A stretch of DNA of 54,458 nt from an uncultured Gammaproteobacteria bacterium (GCA_964518995.1 CAZFJU010000001.1:1-54458), one strand, 5' to 3'; shown: positions 25,324 through 34,780, numbered from the stretch's first letter. Notes: a model not told the origin generated them from the letters alone. A program made the numbers and translations.

Positions 25324-26838
25324 TCATCGACCAAGCGACGGCACACGATGCGTGCCGAGCGCGACGCACACATTCTTCGTCTCCATGTAGAAGTCGAAGC
25401 TGTAGTCACCGCCGTCGCGGCCGATACCGCTCGCCTTCATCCCGCCGAACGGAGCCGGCAGATGGCGATTATTCTCGGAATTGACCCAGATCATCCCCGC
25501 GTCGAGCGCACGGGCGATGCGGTGCGCGCGGCCGACATCGCTCGTCCAAAGATAGCCGGCGAGACCGTAGCGCACATCATTGGCGATCGCGACTGCCTCG
25601 GCTTCATCGTCGAACGGGATCGCCGTGAGCACAGGGCCGAAGATCTCCTCCTGAGCGACTCGCATCGACGTCGAAGCGCCTGCAAGCACGGTCGGCGCGA
25701 CGAAGCCGTCACCCGCCGCCGCGCGGTGCCCGCCTGCCGCAATCTGCACGCGCTCTTCCCGGGCAATCGCGAAATAGCCGAGCACTTTTTCGACGTGTCG
25801 AGGATGGATCAACGGCCCGACCTCCGTCTCGGGATCGAGTGGATGACCGACTCGGATCCGGCCCGCGCGCTCCGCAACCCGGCTGACGAGCTCGTCGTGG
25901 ATCGAACGCTGCACGAGCAGCCGGCTCGACGACGTGCATCGCTCGCCGTTCAGGCTGTAAATCATGAATACGACGGCTTCGAGCGCGCGCTCGAGGTCCG
26001 CGTCCTCGAAGACGATCACCGGATTCTTGCCGCCAAGCTCGAAGTGCACGCGTTTCAGCGTGGGCGCGCCCTGCGCCATGATCGCGCTGCCGGTCGCCGA
26101 CTCGCCGACGAACGCAATCGCACGGATCGCCGGATGCTCGGTCAACGCGCGACCCGCCGACTCCCCAAGCCCGTGCACGACGTTCAGGACGCCCGCCGGC
26201 AGGCCGGCGTCGTGGGCGATCTCCGCAAGCAGCGCAGCGGTAAACGGGCTCCATTCGGCGGGCTTGTGCACGACGGTGCAGCCGGCGGCGAGCGCCGGTG
26301 CGATCTTCCACGTCGCCAGCATGAACGGTGTATTCCACGGCGTGATCACGCCGACCGGACCGATCGGCTGGCGCATCGTGTAATTGATGTGCTCGCGTGC
26401 CGGCAATGAGTAGCCGTTAGCAGCCTCGGGCGCCTTGTCTGCAAAGAATCGGAAATTTTCGGCTCCGCGTTTCGCAGCGGCGGCCATGAAGCGGATCGGC
26501 TGCCCGGTATCCATCGATTCGACGAGCGCGATCTCCTCCGCGCGCGCTTCGATTGCGTCGGCGATACGATGCAGGAGGCGGCGGCGCTCGGCCCCAGGCA
26601 AGTCGCGCCAGGCCGGAAATGCGCGCGCCGCGGCCGCGGCGGCAAGATCGATATCGCGTGCGTCACCGGCCGCGACGCGGCCGAGGCGTAGCCCATCCAC
26701 CGGCGCAAAGTCGTCGAACAATTCGCCCGATACCGCCGGACGAAAGCCGCCGTCGATGAAATGCTCGAGCGGCGCGCGCTCGAAGCGTGCGAGGTGCCGG
26801 CGCGCCTTCTCGATATTCTCGTTCAGCCGCGCCGTCAT
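25324..26838 (-). CDS. NAD(P)-dependent aldehyde dehydrogenase, HpaE-like (carboxymethyl-hydroxymuconate semialdehyde dehydrogenase type)
   Basis: 504 aa. Motifs seen: ITPWNTPFML, KPAEWSP, FELGGKNP, NGERCTSSSRLLV, EEIFGPVL. The subfamily is inferred from the neighbouring genes. Confidence 0.8.
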   Translation of the reverse strand: MTARLNENIEKARRHLARFERAPLEHFIDGGFRPAVSGELFDDFAPVDGLRLGRVAAGDARDIDLAAAAAARAFPAWRDLPGAERRRLLHRIADAIEARAEEIALVESMDTGQPIRFMAAAAKRGAENFRFFADKAPEAANGYSLPAREHINYTMRQPIGPVGVITPWNTPFMLATWKIAPALAAGCTVVHKPAEWSPFTAALLAEIAHDAGLPAGVLNVVHGLGESAGRALTEHPAIRAIAFVGESATGSAIMAQGAPTLKRVHFELGGKNPVIVFEDADLERALEAVVFMIYSLNGERCTSSSRLLVQRSIHDELVSRVAERAGRIRVGHPLDPETEVGPLIHPRHVEKVLGYFAIAREERVQIAAGGHRAAAGDGFVAPTVLAGASTSMRVAQEEIFGPVLTAIPFDDEAEAVAIANDVRYGLAGYLWTSDVGRAHRIARALDAGMIWVNSENNRHLPAPFGGMKASGIGRDGGDYSFDFYMETKNVCVALGTHRVPSLGR

Positions 26839-27260
26839 CGGGCCGGGCCGCCTTCGTCTTCGCCGGCCTGCTCGCGGCGCGCCGCGACATAGCGATGCAG
26901 GTTGTTCTTCTTAAAATTCAGCACGGGATGAAACTCCTGGATATTGAAGGAGATCGCGAGCGGCGAGGACTCGAATAGCGGCTCGAGAGCCGCCGTCAAC
27001 GTCGCAAACAGCTGCTCTGCTGCGCGCTGCCGGACCTCGACCGAGCGGCCATGACCGATCAGCGCCGTAACGTGCACGAAGCCGTTAGCCGGATCGCAAT
27101 CCGCGACTCGATAATGGTCGGTTCGATGCGCGCGTATCCGCAAGCCGCCGATCGGAAACACTCCGGTTTCGAGCGCCGTGCGATGAAGCGCGCCCATCAG
27201 CTCGTCCAAGCCGAGACGCGCTTCGATGTTGGCGGAATATTCGATGATCAAGTGCGGCAC
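26835..27260 (-). CDS. 5-carboxymethyl-2-hydroxymuconate delta-isomerase (HpaF/HpcD-like)
   Basis: ORF 26835..27455 trimmed to GTG 27260, with GGAGG about 8 nt upstream. The sequence (V)PHLIIEYSANIEARLGLDELMGALHRTALETGVFPIGGLRIRA matches the CHM isomerase N-terminus (PH.I.EYS). Its stop overlaps the ALDH start (ATGA). Confidence 0.75.
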   Translation of the reverse strand: MPHLIIEYSANIEARLGLDELMGALHRTALETGVFPIGGLRIRAHRTDHYRVADCDPANGFVHVTALIGHGRSVEVRQRAAEQLFATLTAALEPLFESSPLAISFNIQEFHPVLNFKKNNLHRYVAARREQAGEDEGGPAR

Positions 27261-27463
27261 AGCCGACCTCCGCTGGCGCAAGCCCTGGCCCGCGATCGGC
27301 GGGCTGCGCGAGAAACGCTCGTCCGGCAAGCACCGGCGACAGGTCCGCGATGCTAGTGCCGCGGTGCGAGCGGCGTCAATCGCGGCGCATGGCGCCGAAA
27401 TTTGCCGATGCAGTGCCCGCGTCGTACGCTCCGCCCATATCTTATTCAGGGGCATGAAGGACG

Positions 27464-28366
27464 ATGCTGCAACGCTTGCGTGGATCCATTCCGCCGTTGA
27501 TCACCCCGTTTCGCGACGCGGAGATCGACTACGACGCTTATGCGCGCATGGTGGATGCGCAAATCGGCGAAGGCTCGCACGGCATTCTGGTCAACGGCAC
27601 CTCCGCCGAGCCGTCCACGCTCAGTGCCGACGAGCGTAATCGGCTCGTGTCCCTTGCGATCGAAGTGGCAGACGGCCGCGTGCCGGTCGTCGCCGCCACC
27701 GGCTCGCAGTCGCTGCACGAAAGCGCGTTGCTCACCCAGCATGCGGCAGCCGCGGGAGCCGATGCGCTACTGATCGTCACGCCCTACTACATTCGTCCGC
27801 CGCAACGCGGGCTCGTCCGCTACTATCTGGAGCTGATGGCCGGTATCGACACGCCGTGGATGGTCTATCACATCCCGGGGCGAACCGCCGTCAACGTCAC
27901 GCTCGAGACGCTGCGCGAGCTGCGCGAGCGCTCGCCGAATTTCGTCGGTATGAAGCATGCCGTGAACGACCTCGGTTTCGTGACGGAATGCCTCACGACG
28001 CTGGGGCACGACTTCAAGATCTTCGTAGGGCTCGAGGAACTGAGCTTTCCAATGCTGGCGGTCGGAGCTTGCGGGCTCATGAACGCCGTCGGCAATCTGC
28101 GGCCGGGGCCGCTCGCGGAGCTGTGCAACGCCATGGAGCGCGGCGATCTGGCACGCGCCCGAGCGCTGCACGAGGCGCTGCTCGAGATCAACCAGGCCGT
28201 GTTCTTCGACACCAATCCCATCCCGATCAAGTACATGATGATGCGCCTCGGCTTGATCCCGAAGAATGAGCACCGGTTGCCGATGGCGCCGGCCTCGGCC
28301 GAGGTCGCCGCAAGGCTCGACGCCGTGCTCGAGCGGGCCGGGCTGCGCGGCGCGGGAGACGTCTGA
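27464..28366 (+). CDS. Dihydrodipicolinate synthase (DapA/NAL) family class I aldolase
   Basis: ATG 27464 with GAAGGA upstream. Motifs seen: GSIPPLITPF, GILVNGTSAEPSTLS, VVAATGS, VTPYY, YHIP.RT, GMKH (Schiff-base Lys context). Confidence 0.82.
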   Translation: MLQRLRGSIPPLITPFRDAEIDYDAYARMVDAQIGEGSHGILVNGTSAEPSTLSADERNRLVSLAIEVADGRVPVVAATGSQSLHESALLTQHAAAAGADALLIVTPYYIRPPQRGLVRYYLELMAGIDTPWMVYHIPGRTAVNVTLETLRELRERSPNFVGMKHAVNDLGFVTECLTTLGHDFKIFVGLEELSFPMLAVGACGLMNAVGNLRPGPLAELCNAMERGDLARARALHEALLEINQAVFFDTNPIPIKYMMMRLGLIPKNEHRLPMAPASAEVAARLDAVLERAGLRGAGDV

Positions 28367-29238
28367 TGCGGCTCGTCAGCTTCGAGCGCGACGGCACGGC
28401 CGGTTTCGGTATTGCGACTCAAGGCGGCGGCATCGTCGACCTCGCCGGGCGACTGCAGGGGCGCGCCGAGTCGATCAAGGCGCTGCTCGAGCGGGATTTG
28501 CTCGCGGAGGCCGCGCTCCACGCCGCAGCCACGCCGGATTTCGCGCTCGACGAGGTGCAGCTGCAGCCCACCGTGCCGGATCCCGGCAAAATCATTTGCA
28601 TCGGCATCAACTACCGAAACCGTGATCACGAATACGGTGATGCGCCCGTCGCCGAGCCGAAGTATCCGAGCGTATTCTTCCGCACGCCAGAAAGCCTGGT
28701 CGCACACGGCGAGCCGCTCGTCAAACCGCTCGAATCGGATCAGCTCGACTATGAAGGCGAGATCGTTTTGGTGATCGGCAAACCAGGCCGACGCATCGCG
28801 GAGGCGCGTGCGCTCGAGCATATCGCCGGGGTCACTCTGGCGAACGAAGGCTCCGTCCGGGATTGGCTGCGTCATGCAAAATTCAACGTCACGCCTGGCA
28901 AGAATTTCGAACGTTCCGGAAGCCTCGGGCCGTGGCTCGTCACGGCGGACGAGATCGAACGCTACGATGCGCTCGAGCTCACGACGCGCGTCAACGGCGA
29001 GATTCGCCAGCAGGATACAACGGCCAACCTGATGTTCCCGTTTGCCCGCCTGATCGCCTATGTGTCGACATTCATGCCGCTCAAACCCGGCGACATTATC
29101 GCGACCGGCACACCGACGGGCGCAGGCGCGCGCTTCGATCCACCGAAATATCTCCGAGCAGGCGACGTCGTCGAGGTGCACTGCGCCGCGATCGGCACAC
29201 TGTGGAACACCGTGCGCGACGAAGCGTCGCCGGCATGA
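28366..29238 (+). CDS. Fumarylacetoacetate hydrolase (FAH) family protein, HpaG-like isomerase/decarboxylase
   Basis: Its start overlaps the upstream stop (TGATG). Motifs seen: KIICIGINY, LDYEGEIVLVIGK, GPWLVT, MFPFARLIAYVS, LKPGDIIATGTPTG. Confidence 0.85.
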   Translation: MRLVSFERDGTAGFGIATQGGGIVDLAGRLQGRAESIKALLERDLLAEAALHAAATPDFALDEVQLQPTVPDPGKIICIGINYRNRDHEYGDAPVAEPKYPSVFFRTPESLVAHGEPLVKPLESDQLDYEGEIVLVIGKPGRRIAEARALEHIAGVTLANEGSVRDWLRHAKFNVTPGKNFERSGSLGPWLVTADEIERYDALELTTRVNGEIRQQDTTANLMFPFARLIAYVSTFMPLKPGDIIATGTPTGAGARFDPPKYLRAGDVVEVHCAAIGTLWNTVRDEASPA

Positions 29239-29276
29239 CATGTGCGCGCCGGCAGGCGTCTGCTGAGAGCTAAGTG

Positions 29277-29324
29277 CCGCCGTCGGGCGGCGGCCAAGTT
29301 CCGCCCTCGGGCGGCGGCTAACTT
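29277..29324. repeat. Tandem 24-bp direct repeat, each unit a short GC hairpin, between convergent genes (possible bidirectional terminator or REP-like element)
   Basis: Unit 1 (29277-29300) is CCGCCGTCGGGCGGCGGCCAAGTT. Unit 2 (29301-29324) is CCGCCCTCGGGCGGCGGCTAACTT. Each unit contains a CCGCC / GGCGG stem. The repeat lies between the FAH stop (29238) and the RND stop (29380). Confidence 0.6.
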
Positions 29325-29379
29325 GTGCGCCCTGCCTAGTGCGGCTGCGCGCGCTGTCGGGCCGCGCGGGCTGATGCAG

Positions 29380-32300
29380 TCAGCCCGCCGTTCTTGCTTG
29401 CAGCGCATGCAGCTTCGCCGCCACCTCGCCCGGCGAGCCCGTACGCCGTGCAAACAGGTGATAGAACGCCGGCACGACGTATAGCGTCAGCACGGTAGCG
29501 ACGCTGACACCTGCGAAGATCACGACGCCGAGGGTGTTCTGGCTCGCCGCGCCCGGGCCGGTCGCGATGATCAACGGGATCGCGCCCGCGAGCGTCGAGA
29601 ACGCCGTCATGATCACCGGACGAAAACGGATTCGCGAAGCTTCCATCACCGCATCGCTGAACTCGAGCCCCTGATCGCGCAGCTGGTTGATAAATTCGAC
29701 AATCAGCACGCCGTTTTTCGCGGCGATACCGACCAGCATGACGATGCCAATCTGGCTGTAGATGTTGAGCGTCATGCCGGCCGCCCACAGCCCGAACAAT
29801 CCGCCCGCCACCGCGAGCGGCACCGTCACCATGATGACGAACGGGTGAACGAAGCTTTCGAATTGCGCCGCGAGAACCAGAAAGACAACAAACAGCGCGA
29901 CGCCGAATGTGAACAGCAGCGAGCCCGAGGCCTCCTTGAACTCGAGCGATTCACCGGAGTAATCGAGCTGCGCGGTGATGGGCAGCTCGGTGCGAACCAG
30001 GTTCTCGAGATAGTCGAGCGCATCGCCGAGCGCATAGCCGGGCGCGAGACTTGCGCTGATCGTGACCGAGCGGAGCCGCTCGTGCCGATTCAGCGTGCTC
30101 GGGCCGGCGACGTTCTCGAGGCGCACTAGATTCGACAGCGGAATCAGCTCGCCCGAGCGCTCCGAGCGGACGAAGATGTTGCGCAGGTCGGAGAACGTCG
30201 CGCGCTGCTCCGGCTTCGCCTGCAGCACCACGTCGTATTCCTCGCCGTCGACGACGTAGGTGGTCACGGCCCGCTCGCTCATCATCGTTTGCAGCGTCTG
30301 ACCGATGCTGCGCTGCGATACGCCGAGGCTCGCCGCCCGGTCCGGATCCACACGCACGAGCACCTGAGGCTGTGTTTCCTTGAGGTTCGAATCGATACGA
30401 ATCAGCCCTGGATTCGCCGCCGCCCGATCGATGATGATGTCGCGCCAGCGCGCGAGCTCCTCGTAGGTTGGCCCGCCGAGCACGATCTGCACCGGCTGGC
30501 TCCCGCCGCCCCCTCCGCCGCCGCCGGCGCGGCGCGGAAAGGCCATGATGCGCACTTCCGGAATCTCCGACCAGCCTTCGTTGAGCTCGGCGAGCAGCTC
30601 GTCCGTCGTGACGGTGCGCTCGTCCCAGGGGCGCAGCGTGACGTTCACGATGCCGGAAGCATTACCCCAACCCGGGACGGCGATGACGCCCCGCTGGATC
30701 AAGCCGCTCTCGAAATACGGCAGCATGTAGGACTCGGCCTTCATGCCGGCCTCGAGCATCGTGTCGAAGCCCATGCCCTCGGGTGACTGCAGCTGCGCAT
30801 TGAACTGACCCGCGTCTTCTTGCGGCGCGTACTCGCGCGGCACGGCATCGACGAGGAAATACGCCCCGACGCCGATTAGCGCCGCGAGCACCCCGGCAAT
30901 CCACGGCGCCTTGAGGCTGAAGCGCAGCGATGACTGATACCGGTCTGCAAGCCCGGCGAAGCCCTTGTCGAGGAAACGGGTCAGACGGCCTTCCCGATCG
31001 CTCGGCTTCAACAGCTTCGAGCACAACATTGGCGCCAACGTCAGCGCGAGTATCAGCGAGAACGTGATCGCGGCCGCCATCGTCACCGCCAGCTCGGCGA
31101 AGATGCGCCCAATGTTGTCCTTCAAGAAGGCGACTGGCGCGAATACCGACACGAGCACGGCGGTCGAGGCCATAATTGCAAATGAGACTTGGCGCGTGCC
31201 GTTGAAAGCGGCGAGCAGCGGCGGCTCACCGTCCTCCGTGCGCCGATGGGCGTTCTCGAGCACGACGATCGAGTCGTCGACGACGAGCCCGATGCAGAGC
31301 ACGAGCGCAAGCAGCGTAACCAAATTGATCGAGTAGCCGAAGATCGCGAGCGCGGAGAACGATGAGATCAGACAGACCGGAATCGTGACGAGCGGAATCA
31401 GGCTCGCGCGCAGATTGCCGAGGAAGACGAAGATCACGAAGCCGACCAAAATGGTCGTGATGATGATCGTCTCGTAGACCGATGCGATCGCGGCGCGAAT
31501 GTATACGGAGTCATCGCCGCTCGTGATGAGGCTCATGCCCTCCGGCAAATCCGCGTTGACGCGCTCGACCTCCGCAGTGACGGCATCGAGCACCTCGACC
31601 GTATTGGCGGTCGATTGCTTGACGATGCCGAAACCGGTCGTGATCGCGCCGTTCGTGCGGAATATCCGCTGGGACTCGCGCGGCCCGACCTCGACGGTCG
31701 CGACCTCGCCGAGCCGGACGAGATGGCCATCGGCGCCTTCGACCAGCACCAGTTGCCGGAAGTCGTCGGCGGTCTGGTAGTTGCGCGCGACACGCACCTG
31801 GAAGTTGAGATCGCGCGACTCGACCCGGCCGGCCGGCAGCTCGAGGTTCTCCGCGCGCAGCGCATTCTCGACATCGACGACGGTCAGGTTGCGCGCGGCG
31901 AGCGCATGCCGATCGAGCCAGATGCGCATCGACGGGCCGCCGGCGCCGAAGATATTGATCTGCGAGACGCCGGGGATGGTCGCGAAGCGGTCGATCATGT
32001 ACCGCTCCATGTAGTCCGTCAGCTCCATCATGCCCATGCTGTCGCTGGTCAGCGTCAGCCACATGATCGGGCTCGTGTCCGAATCGGATTTCGCGACGGA
32101 GGGCGGATCCGCATCATCCGGCAGCCGCCGCAGCACGCGAGAGACGCGATCGCGCACGTCGTTCGCCGCCTCGTCGAGGTTGCGTGTCAGCTCGAACTCG
32201 ACCGTCACGCTCGCCTGGCCGTCGCGGCTCGCGGAGCGGATCGTCTTCACCCCCTCGATACCGGACAGCTCGCCTTCCAGCACCTGCGTGATGCGCGTTT

Positions 32301-32478
32301 CGACGATCTCGGCGGACGCACCAGGGTACGAAGTCTGCACCTGCACGACCGGCGGCACGACATCCGGCTGCTCGCGTACCGTTAGATCGCGGAACGACAA
32401 TATGCCGAACGCCATCAGCACGAGGCTGATGACGGTCGCGAATACCGGGCGCTTGACCGAGACGTCAGAGAGCCACAT
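29380..32478 (-). CDS. RND efflux transporter permease (HAE1/AcrB-like)
   Basis: 1032 aa. Sequence: MWLSDVSVKRPVFATVISLVLMAFGILSF..., with two large periplasmic loops and 12 TM-like segments. GLVVDDSIVVLEN is present. Confidence 0.92.
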   Translation of the reverse strand: MWLSDVSVKRPVFATVISLVLMAFGILSFRDLTVREQPDVVPPVVQVQTSYPGASAEIVETRITQVLEGELSGIEGVKTIRSASRDGQASVTVEFELTRNLDEAANDVRDRVSRVLRRLPDDADPPSVAKSDSDTSPIMWLTLTSDSMGMMELTDYMERYMIDRFATIPGVSQINIFGAGGPSMRIWLDRHALAARNLTVVDVENALRAENLELPAGRVESRDLNFQVRVARNYQTADDFRQLVLVEGADGHLVRLGEVATVEVGPRESQRIFRTNGAITTGFGIVKQSTANTVEVLDAVTAEVERVNADLPEGMSLITSGDDSVYIRAAIASVYETIIITTILVGFVIFVFLGNLRASLIPLVTIPVCLISSFSALAIFGYSINLVTLLALVLCIGLVVDDSIVVLENAHRRTEDGEPPLLAAFNGTRQVSFAIMASTAVLVSVFAPVAFLKDNIGRIFAELAVTMAAAITFSLILALTLAPMLCSKLLKPSDREGRLTRFLDKGFAGLADRYQSSLRFSLKAPWIAGVLAALIGVGAYFLVDAVPREYAPQEDAGQFNAQLQSPEGMGFDTMLEAGMKAESYMLPYFESGLIQRGVIAVPGWGNASGIVNVTLRPWDERTVTTDELLAELNEGWSEIPEVRIMAFPRRAGGGGGGGGSQPVQIVLGGPTYEELARWRDIIIDRAAANPGLIRIDSNLKETQPQVLVRVDPDRAASLGVSQRSIGQTLQTMMSERAVTTYVVDGEEYDVVLQAKPEQRATFSDLRNIFVRSERSGELIPLSNLVRLENVAGPSTLNRHERLRSVTISASLAPGYALGDALDYLENLVRTELPITAQLDYSGESLEFKEASGSLLFTFGVALFVVFLVLAAQFESFVHPFVIMVTVPLAVAGGLFGLWAAGMTLNIYSQIGIVMLVGIAAKNGVLIVEFINQLRDQGLEFSDAVMEASRIRFRPVIMTAFSTLAGAIPLIIATGPGAASQNTLGVVIFAGVSVATVLTLYVVPAFYHLFARRTGSPGEVAAKLHALQARTAG

Positions 32479-32513
32479 AGGTCATTGCTCCTGGCCTGCT
32501 ACGCAGGCGCGTT

Positions 32514-33623
32514 TCAGCTCGCGCTCGGCGCCGGCGCCGCATTCGCCGTCGCTTCGACTCCCTTCGAATCATCCGAGAAACGCACGCGGCTCCCGTCGCG
32601 GAGCTTGACGATGCCCTCGGAGACGACCAGATCGCCCGCTTCGAGCCCGCCGGTGACCTCGACGATGCCGAAACGGCGCGAGCCGATTTGAATCTGCCGC
32701 TGCCGCGCGATGCGCTCGCCATCGACGCGATAGACATACGCGCGGTCCTGCACCTGGAACACCGCGCCCTCCGGCACGACGAGCGTCGTGCGCTCCTGCG
32801 TCGACGCCGTGACCGTGAGCAGCATGCCCGGATATAGCGCGCCATCTTCATTGTCGAGGTGTGCCCGGACCGTGATCGCGCGCGTCACAGGGTCCACCCG
32901 CGAATCGATCGTCCGCACGACGCCGGTAAATTCGCGTCCAGGATAGCTCGCGCTGTGTGCGACGATGCGCGAGCCGATACTCATTGCATCGAGCGCGGTT
33001 TCCGGCACGGTGAAGTCGAGCTTGATCGTCGAGACATCATCGAGCGTTGCAATCGGCGTGTTGGGCTGCACGAGCGTGCCCGGCGAAACCTGGCGAAATC
33101 CGAGCACGCCGCTGAACGGCGCGCGAATCAGCCGATCGCTCAAGCGCGCAATGACGCTGTCGAGACGGGCCTGCGCCGCTGCCGCGCGGCTGCGCGCGAT
33201 ATCGAGCTCCGAGCGCGGTGCAAGCTCCCGCGCCGCAAGATCTTCGACGCGGCGCAGCTGGGTGTTCGAATCCTCGAGGTTCGCTTCGGCCTCGGCGAGC
33301 AGCGCCTGCTCCTCGCTGTTGGTGAGCTGCACGAGAATGGCGCCCGCTTCGACGTAGTCGCCGTCCTCGAACTCGACCGCGCGAACCGTATCCGTCACCT
33401 TCGCGGCCAACGTGACCGACTCGTTCGCGAGCGCCGTGCCGAGCGCTTCGATTGTCTCGCTAAGCGTCTCGAAACGAACCGGCTCGACGGTTACGACTGG
33501 CACTTCCTGACCGCCGAACGCCGGAGCCTCGACGGAAGATACCGAGCCGCTTTCGTGCACGGCGACGTACCAGATGCCGGCCGCGGCGCCGAGGGCGAGA
33601 ACCAACAATAGTACGTATTTCAT
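32514..33623 (-). CDS. RND efflux periplasmic adaptor (membrane fusion protein)
   Basis: Has an N-terminal signal/anchor, a coiled-coil hairpin (EEQALLAEAEANLEDSNTQLRRVEDL), and RAPFSGVLG. It lies 35 nt upstream of the RND permease. Confidence 0.88.
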   Translation of the reverse strand: MKYVLLLVLALGAAAGIWYVAVHESGSVSSVEAPAFGGQEVPVVTVEPVRFETLSETIEALGTALANESVTLAAKVTDTVRAVEFEDGDYVEAGAILVQLTNSEEQALLAEAEANLEDSNTQLRRVEDLAARELAPRSELDIARSRAAAAQARLDSVIARLSDRLIRAPFSGVLGFRQVSPGTLVQPNTPIATLDDVSTIKLDFTVPETALDAMSIGSRIVAHSASYPGREFTGVVRTIDSRVDPVTRAITVRAHLDNEDGALYPGMLLTVTASTQERTTLVVPEGAVFQVQDRAYVYRVDGERIARQRQIQIGSRRFGIVEVTGGLEAGDLVVSEGIVKLRDGSRVRFSDDSKGVEATANAAPAPSAS

Positions 33624-33755
33624 TATCTCGTCGCGCGACGAAGCGATAACGGCGGATTATGCCATACGGTATGACCGGCTATGGCTCGCCTGGCCGCGTA
33701 AATGCCCCTCATTTTTTCTTAAGGCGAAAGCTCCGGCGGGACCGTACGCGGATCC

Positions 33756-34721
33756 ATGGCCGCACGCCGCGGGCGACGCTACCATATGTCGATGAGCGAT
33801 ATTGCAACCCGCGCGGCACCGAGCTTCGATGCGATCGTCTCCATCAAGACGCGCATCCCCGAGGATGCCATGAGCGCCGGACTGCTCGGCACGGAGCGCT
33901 CCGGGCATGGCGTGCGAATTCGCGACGACGGCCTGATCGCCACGATCGGTTACATCGTGAACGAAGCGGAATCGATCTGGATCGGCTCGCGGGACGGCAC
34001 GACCGTGCCGGGCGTCGCGCTCGGCTATGACTTCGAAAGCGGCTTCGGCTTGGTGAAGCCGACGCTGCCGCTGCCTGGCGGCATGATTGAAATTGGCTCC
34101 GCCGCATCGCTCGCGGTCGGCGACGAGGTGCTCGTCGTCAGCAGCGATGCGAACGACGAAGGCCTTGCGGCCGATGTCGTCGCCAAGCGCGAGTTCGCCG
34201 GCCGCTGGGAGTATCTGCTCGAGGAGGCCGTCTTCACCGCACCGCCGCACGACAGCTGGTCGGGCGCGGCGCTGCTCGACGAGCGCGGCCGCCTTTGCGG
34301 CATCGGCTCCCTCGTGATTCAAAACTTCGACGTCGACGATACATTGACCACGGTCAACATGTTTGTGCCGATCGAGCTGCTGATGCCGATCGTCGACGAC
34401 ATCTGTGAGCACGGCCAGCGCCGCACACCGCCGCGGCCGTGGCTCGGTCTGCTGGTCGACGATTCGCACGATCGGCTGATGATCGTCGGCGTTTATCGCA
34501 GCTGCCCCGGCGACAAGGCGGGGCTGAAGCCCGGCGACTTGATCGTCGCCATCAATGGCGAGCCTGTCGACGACCTCGGGACACTGTTTCGCCGCGTGTG
34601 GACAATCGGCAGCGCCGGCGCCGAGATTCCGTTGACGATCGTGCGTGACGCCGAGCCGTTCGAAGCGATCGTCCAGTCGGCGGATCGGGCGTTGTTCCAG
34701 CGCAAGGGCACGGTGCAGTAG
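33756..34721 (+). CDS. HtrA/DegS-like trypsin-fold plus PDZ protein, catalytic triad apparently degenerate, no signal peptide
   Basis: ATG 33756; alternative ATGs at 33786 and 33792; no clear RBS. GHGVRIRDDGLIATIGYIVNEAE aligns by eye with GSGVIMDQRGYIITNKHVINDAD of DegS. The PDZ-like tail is GLLVDD...VGVYRSCPGDKAGLKPGDLIVAINGEPV. Confidence 0.7.
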   Translation: MAARRGRRYHMSMSDIATRAAPSFDAIVSIKTRIPEDAMSAGLLGTERSGHGVRIRDDGLIATIGYIVNEAESIWIGSRDGTTVPGVALGYDFESGFGLVKPTLPLPGGMIEIGSAASLAVGDEVLVVSSDANDEGLAADVVAKREFAGRWEYLLEEAVFTAPPHDSWSGAALLDERGRLCGIGSLVIQNFDVDDTLTTVNMFVPIELLMPIVDDICEHGQRRTPPRPWLGLLVDDSHDRLMIVGVYRSCPGDKAGLKPGDLIVAINGEPVDDLGTLFRRVWTIGSAGAEIPLTIVRDAEPFEAIVQSADRALFQRKGTVQ

Positions 34722-34743
34722 CCCGCCGAGCGAGTAACAAGTA

Positions 34744-34780
34744 GGGCGCGGCGGATTGCTCCGCCGCGCCCTTGTTCTTG
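34744..34780 (+). terminator. Rho-independent terminator
   Basis: GGGCGCGGCGGA (34744-34755), loop TTGC, TCCGCCGCGCCC (34760-34771): a perfect 12-bp stem followed by TTGTTCTTG. It starts 23 nt after the stop at 34721. Confidence 0.8.

Noticed and set aside
33657-34469. 270-aa minus-strand ORF
   Set aside because: It is antisense to the HtrA-like/PDZ gene. That gene aligns convincingly with DegS-type proteins; the minus-strand ORF has no recognisable features.
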